A stretch of DNA of 64,000 nucleotides from Patellaria atrata CBS 101060. Its lineage: Eukaryota. The notes under the pieces were generated by a model that did not search any database, was not told the origin of the DNA, and saw only the letters and a list, made by a program, of their open reading frames with translations. Positions 62,001 through 64,000 of this stretch are shown here, piece after piece. Each line of letters starts with the position of its first letter. The stretch's first letter is position 1. Position numbers and translations under genes: made by a program. The DNA is taken from NCBI GenBank assembly GCA_010093705.1, contig MU006108.1:186099-250098 (forward strand), given 5' to 3'.

Positions 62001-62862
62001 TTCCACCAATGACATGCCGGAAGACGACAGTTGGCGCCCCGAATCGCAGCGGCATGGGGGACCTGTGCATACACCTTACGGTACTGCTAAACGTGGACGT
62101 CCTGGCAGTGGTGGTGGTAGAGGCCGTCCGCGAAAGAGTGATCCGGCCCTAGAGCTCGGAACGCCAGAGTGGGAAAAGCCGGACTGGACAGGCTCACAAA
62201 TAGGTCCCGACGGATATTATCAGTATCAAACGACACCGGGAGGTACGAAACGCGGAGCTATCATCCGTCGTGGTTCAGGTGGTGGTGGAAATGCGTCAGC
62301 GCGTGCGCACGATCCCAGTCGCCCCACTCCCATGCCAATGGATCCATACGCCCATACAAAGAAGACACGTACCAAACCGACGAGAAATGCAGATGGAGTT
62401 CTGATCCGTAAAGACGGACGTCCAGATATGCGGTCCCAAAGCAGCGCCGCAAACCTACGCAAGGTCCATGCGCGTAAGGAGCAGGAGAAGACGAGCGACC
62501 GACAGCATACTCCAGCATCCGGATTAGCGACTGCGCCTGTCCTTTCGGGATCTGGGAGTCCAGACGAAGACGATGAACATTTACACGACCGTCATCATGC
62601 AGTGATGAATAAGATGTTTCCTCGCGGAATGGAGGAACAAAAAGCAAGAATGAGCTACAGGGAACAATTCTATCCAGCGAGCTCGCCTATAGAAACAAAA
62701 TTACATATGCAAAACGAAAAGTTGATAGAGGAGGCACAGCACACGGCTAAAGAAACGGTAGCTGGAGCGGAGGGGAATGGCATCGGTAGAGACGACAGGA
62801 TGGAAATAACTCAGACGACGGACAGAGAATACCAGCCATCCGCTTCGGAAACACCGGCGTGA
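59093..62862 (+). CDS. Uncharacterised putative nuclear protein: acidic tract, Yippee/Mis18-like Cys motifs, coiled coil, AT-hook and LIRKDGRPDMRS segment
   Basis: Exons 59093-59604, 60327-60419 and 60600-62862 join in frame via GTAAGT..GACTGAC..TAG and GTGAGT..GCTAAT..CAG introns. The product has FCRKCGARLG...FGC|HFQRYFCANDTCKEHLA and later GRGRPRK. Confidence 0.75.
59271..59353 (+). repeat. (GAT)n-rich coding microsatellite (poly-Asp tract)
   Basis: Encodes DVDDDSDDDDDDNDDDDDDGDNDDNDDD. Confidence 0.9.
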
Positions 62863-63065
62863 CGAAGACTCTTGAAAGATTTCTTATAGACTAGCTTTGG
62901 GGCGGTATTTGTGCTTTTCTTCGGTTCTGAAATGATACCTTATCTTGAACGCATGTATATCTTTTAATCAAACGGGAATATATCGCTGCATGAGCGATGC
63001 AGCGAGACGTAGTTAGTTATAGCGAGAGAGAATCGGGGGCCATAGTATATAATGGAAACAGAGCG

Positions 63066-63165
63066 NNNNNNNNNNNNNNNNNNNNNNNNNNNNNNNNNNN
63101 NNNNNNNNNNNNNNNNNNNNNNNNNNNNNNNNNNNNNNNNNNNNNNNNNNNNNNNNNNNNNNNNN
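63066..63165. other. Assembly gap (100 N)
   Basis: Run of n characters. Confidence 1.
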
Positions 63166-63431
63166 AAATAGAGTAAAAAAGTTGTGGGTGTGGTGGAGGT
63201 GAAGGTGAAGTGAATTATGAGACTTTTATCGTCGGAGCTTAGAAAAGCTCGCGACGAAATCGGCGCTCGCCCTGACGTCCTTGATCGGCCTTCTACACCT
63301 TAACACCGGGCGAACAGAACGTTTTACAACACGAACCACCCGGATCTTCTTTTCCCTATTTCTCCTACTTGCTTTACAAAGAACAAATAAAACTAGACAA
63401 TTTGTCCAACTGACTGTATCAGCACATTAAC

Positions 63432-64000
63432 ATGCCTCCAACCACCCCAGTAACAGGCTTGCTTAAGTCCATTGTAGTGGCAGATATTTCCCCAGCTTTC
63501 CGTCACGGAGCACCATGGCGATCGCAAAGAATATGCTTCGCGGATAGCACGGGTACCAGGCGTACATCCCAGTTTCAATGCGCTTCAAAGTCTTACAATA
63601 GGCGGAGCTTCGCCACTTCCTTACGACCAAGACAAGAGTCCGCGGAATCAAAAAGCAAGGAGAGCGCAAAAGATCATAGAGCAAAGGGTACACATAATCC
63701 CTCGACGCATCGAGCAGAAGAGCACACTCACTACACATTCTTCCCCAAATCGATACCCAAAGGAGCGCCACCGGGTGGCCCGTTTGCAATCGATCTCAAC
63801 GCACTCAAAAGGGAATTCCTACAGTTACAGGCCCAGGCGCATCCAGACATGCATGGCCATATAAACAAAAAGAAAGCAGAAGCACTATCCGCGCGGATAA
63901 ATGAAGCATACAAGACACTACAAGATCCATTGAAGAGAGCGCAATACCTACTTTCTCTCCGCGGTATCGATGTAGCGGAGGACGAGAGGTTAAAAGTGGA
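63432..64000 (+). CDS. JAC1: Mitochondrial Fe-S cluster co-chaperone Jac1/HscB (truncated by the window end)
   Basis: Open frame from ATG 63432: long basic N-terminus, then THYTFFP...FAIDLNALKREFLQLQAQAHPD...SARINEAYKTLQDPLKRAQYLL. Confidence 0.9.
   Translation, partial: MPPTTPVTGLLKSIVVADISPAFRHGAPWRSQRICFADSTGTRRTSQFQCASKSYNRRSFATSLRPRQESAESKSKESAKDHRAKGTHNPSTHRAEEHTHYTFFPKSIPKGAPPGGPFAIDLNALKREFLQLQAQAHPDMHGHINKKKAEALSARINEAYKTLQDPLKRAQYLLSLRGIDVAEDERLKV

Noticed and set aside
21111..64000. YDJ1, SSB and JAC1 as a chaperone gene cluster
   Set aside because: They are about 20 kb apart, act with different partners or compartments, and are separated by unrelated genes.
1..64000. CRISPR arrays, transposons/RIP-mutated repeats, rRNA and tRNA genes
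   Set aside because: By eye I saw no spaced direct-repeat arrays, terminal repeats, transposase/RT motifs, AT-rich RIP tracts or structural RNA signatures.

Overview
Gene-dense eukaryotic DNA from a filamentous ascomycete. It looks like Pezizomycotina, probably Dothideomycetes; this is inferred from short GT-AG introns with CTRAC/CTAAY branch sites and from the gene content. I can support about 21 protein-coding genes. In order they are: a PAS-rich hybrid histidine kinase, YOS1 (missed by the ORF track), a CreB-type deubiquitinase, an LSD1-like demethylase, RPC40, the complex I 49-kDa subunit, cytosine deaminase, YDJ1, a GNAT, a 1285-aa type II membrane protein with 15-aa repeats, MNN10, a secreted GH2, an AAA+ ATPase, an RSC4-like tandem-bromodomain protein, SSB Hsp70, EPT1/CPT1, NPP1, an orphan membrane protein, REX1, a Zn-finger/AT-hook protein and JAC1 (truncated). 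There is a 100-N assembly gap near the end. I found no tRNA, rRNA, CRISPR array or intact transposon. The best leads are: (1) a Yippee/Mis18-like Zn-finger/AT-hook gene whose second Cys pair lies on an in-frame skippable exon behind an unusually long 722-nt intron; (2) AUG-free, in-frame 5' extensions with near-cognate starts in good context on MNN10 and creB; (3) repeated sharp C-rich to G-rich strand-skew switches that override codon usage inside exons; (4) a 14-nt micro-exon carrying the CreB catalytic Cys; (5) stop-free introns with lengths divisible by three. All gene models were built by eye. No database searches were run.
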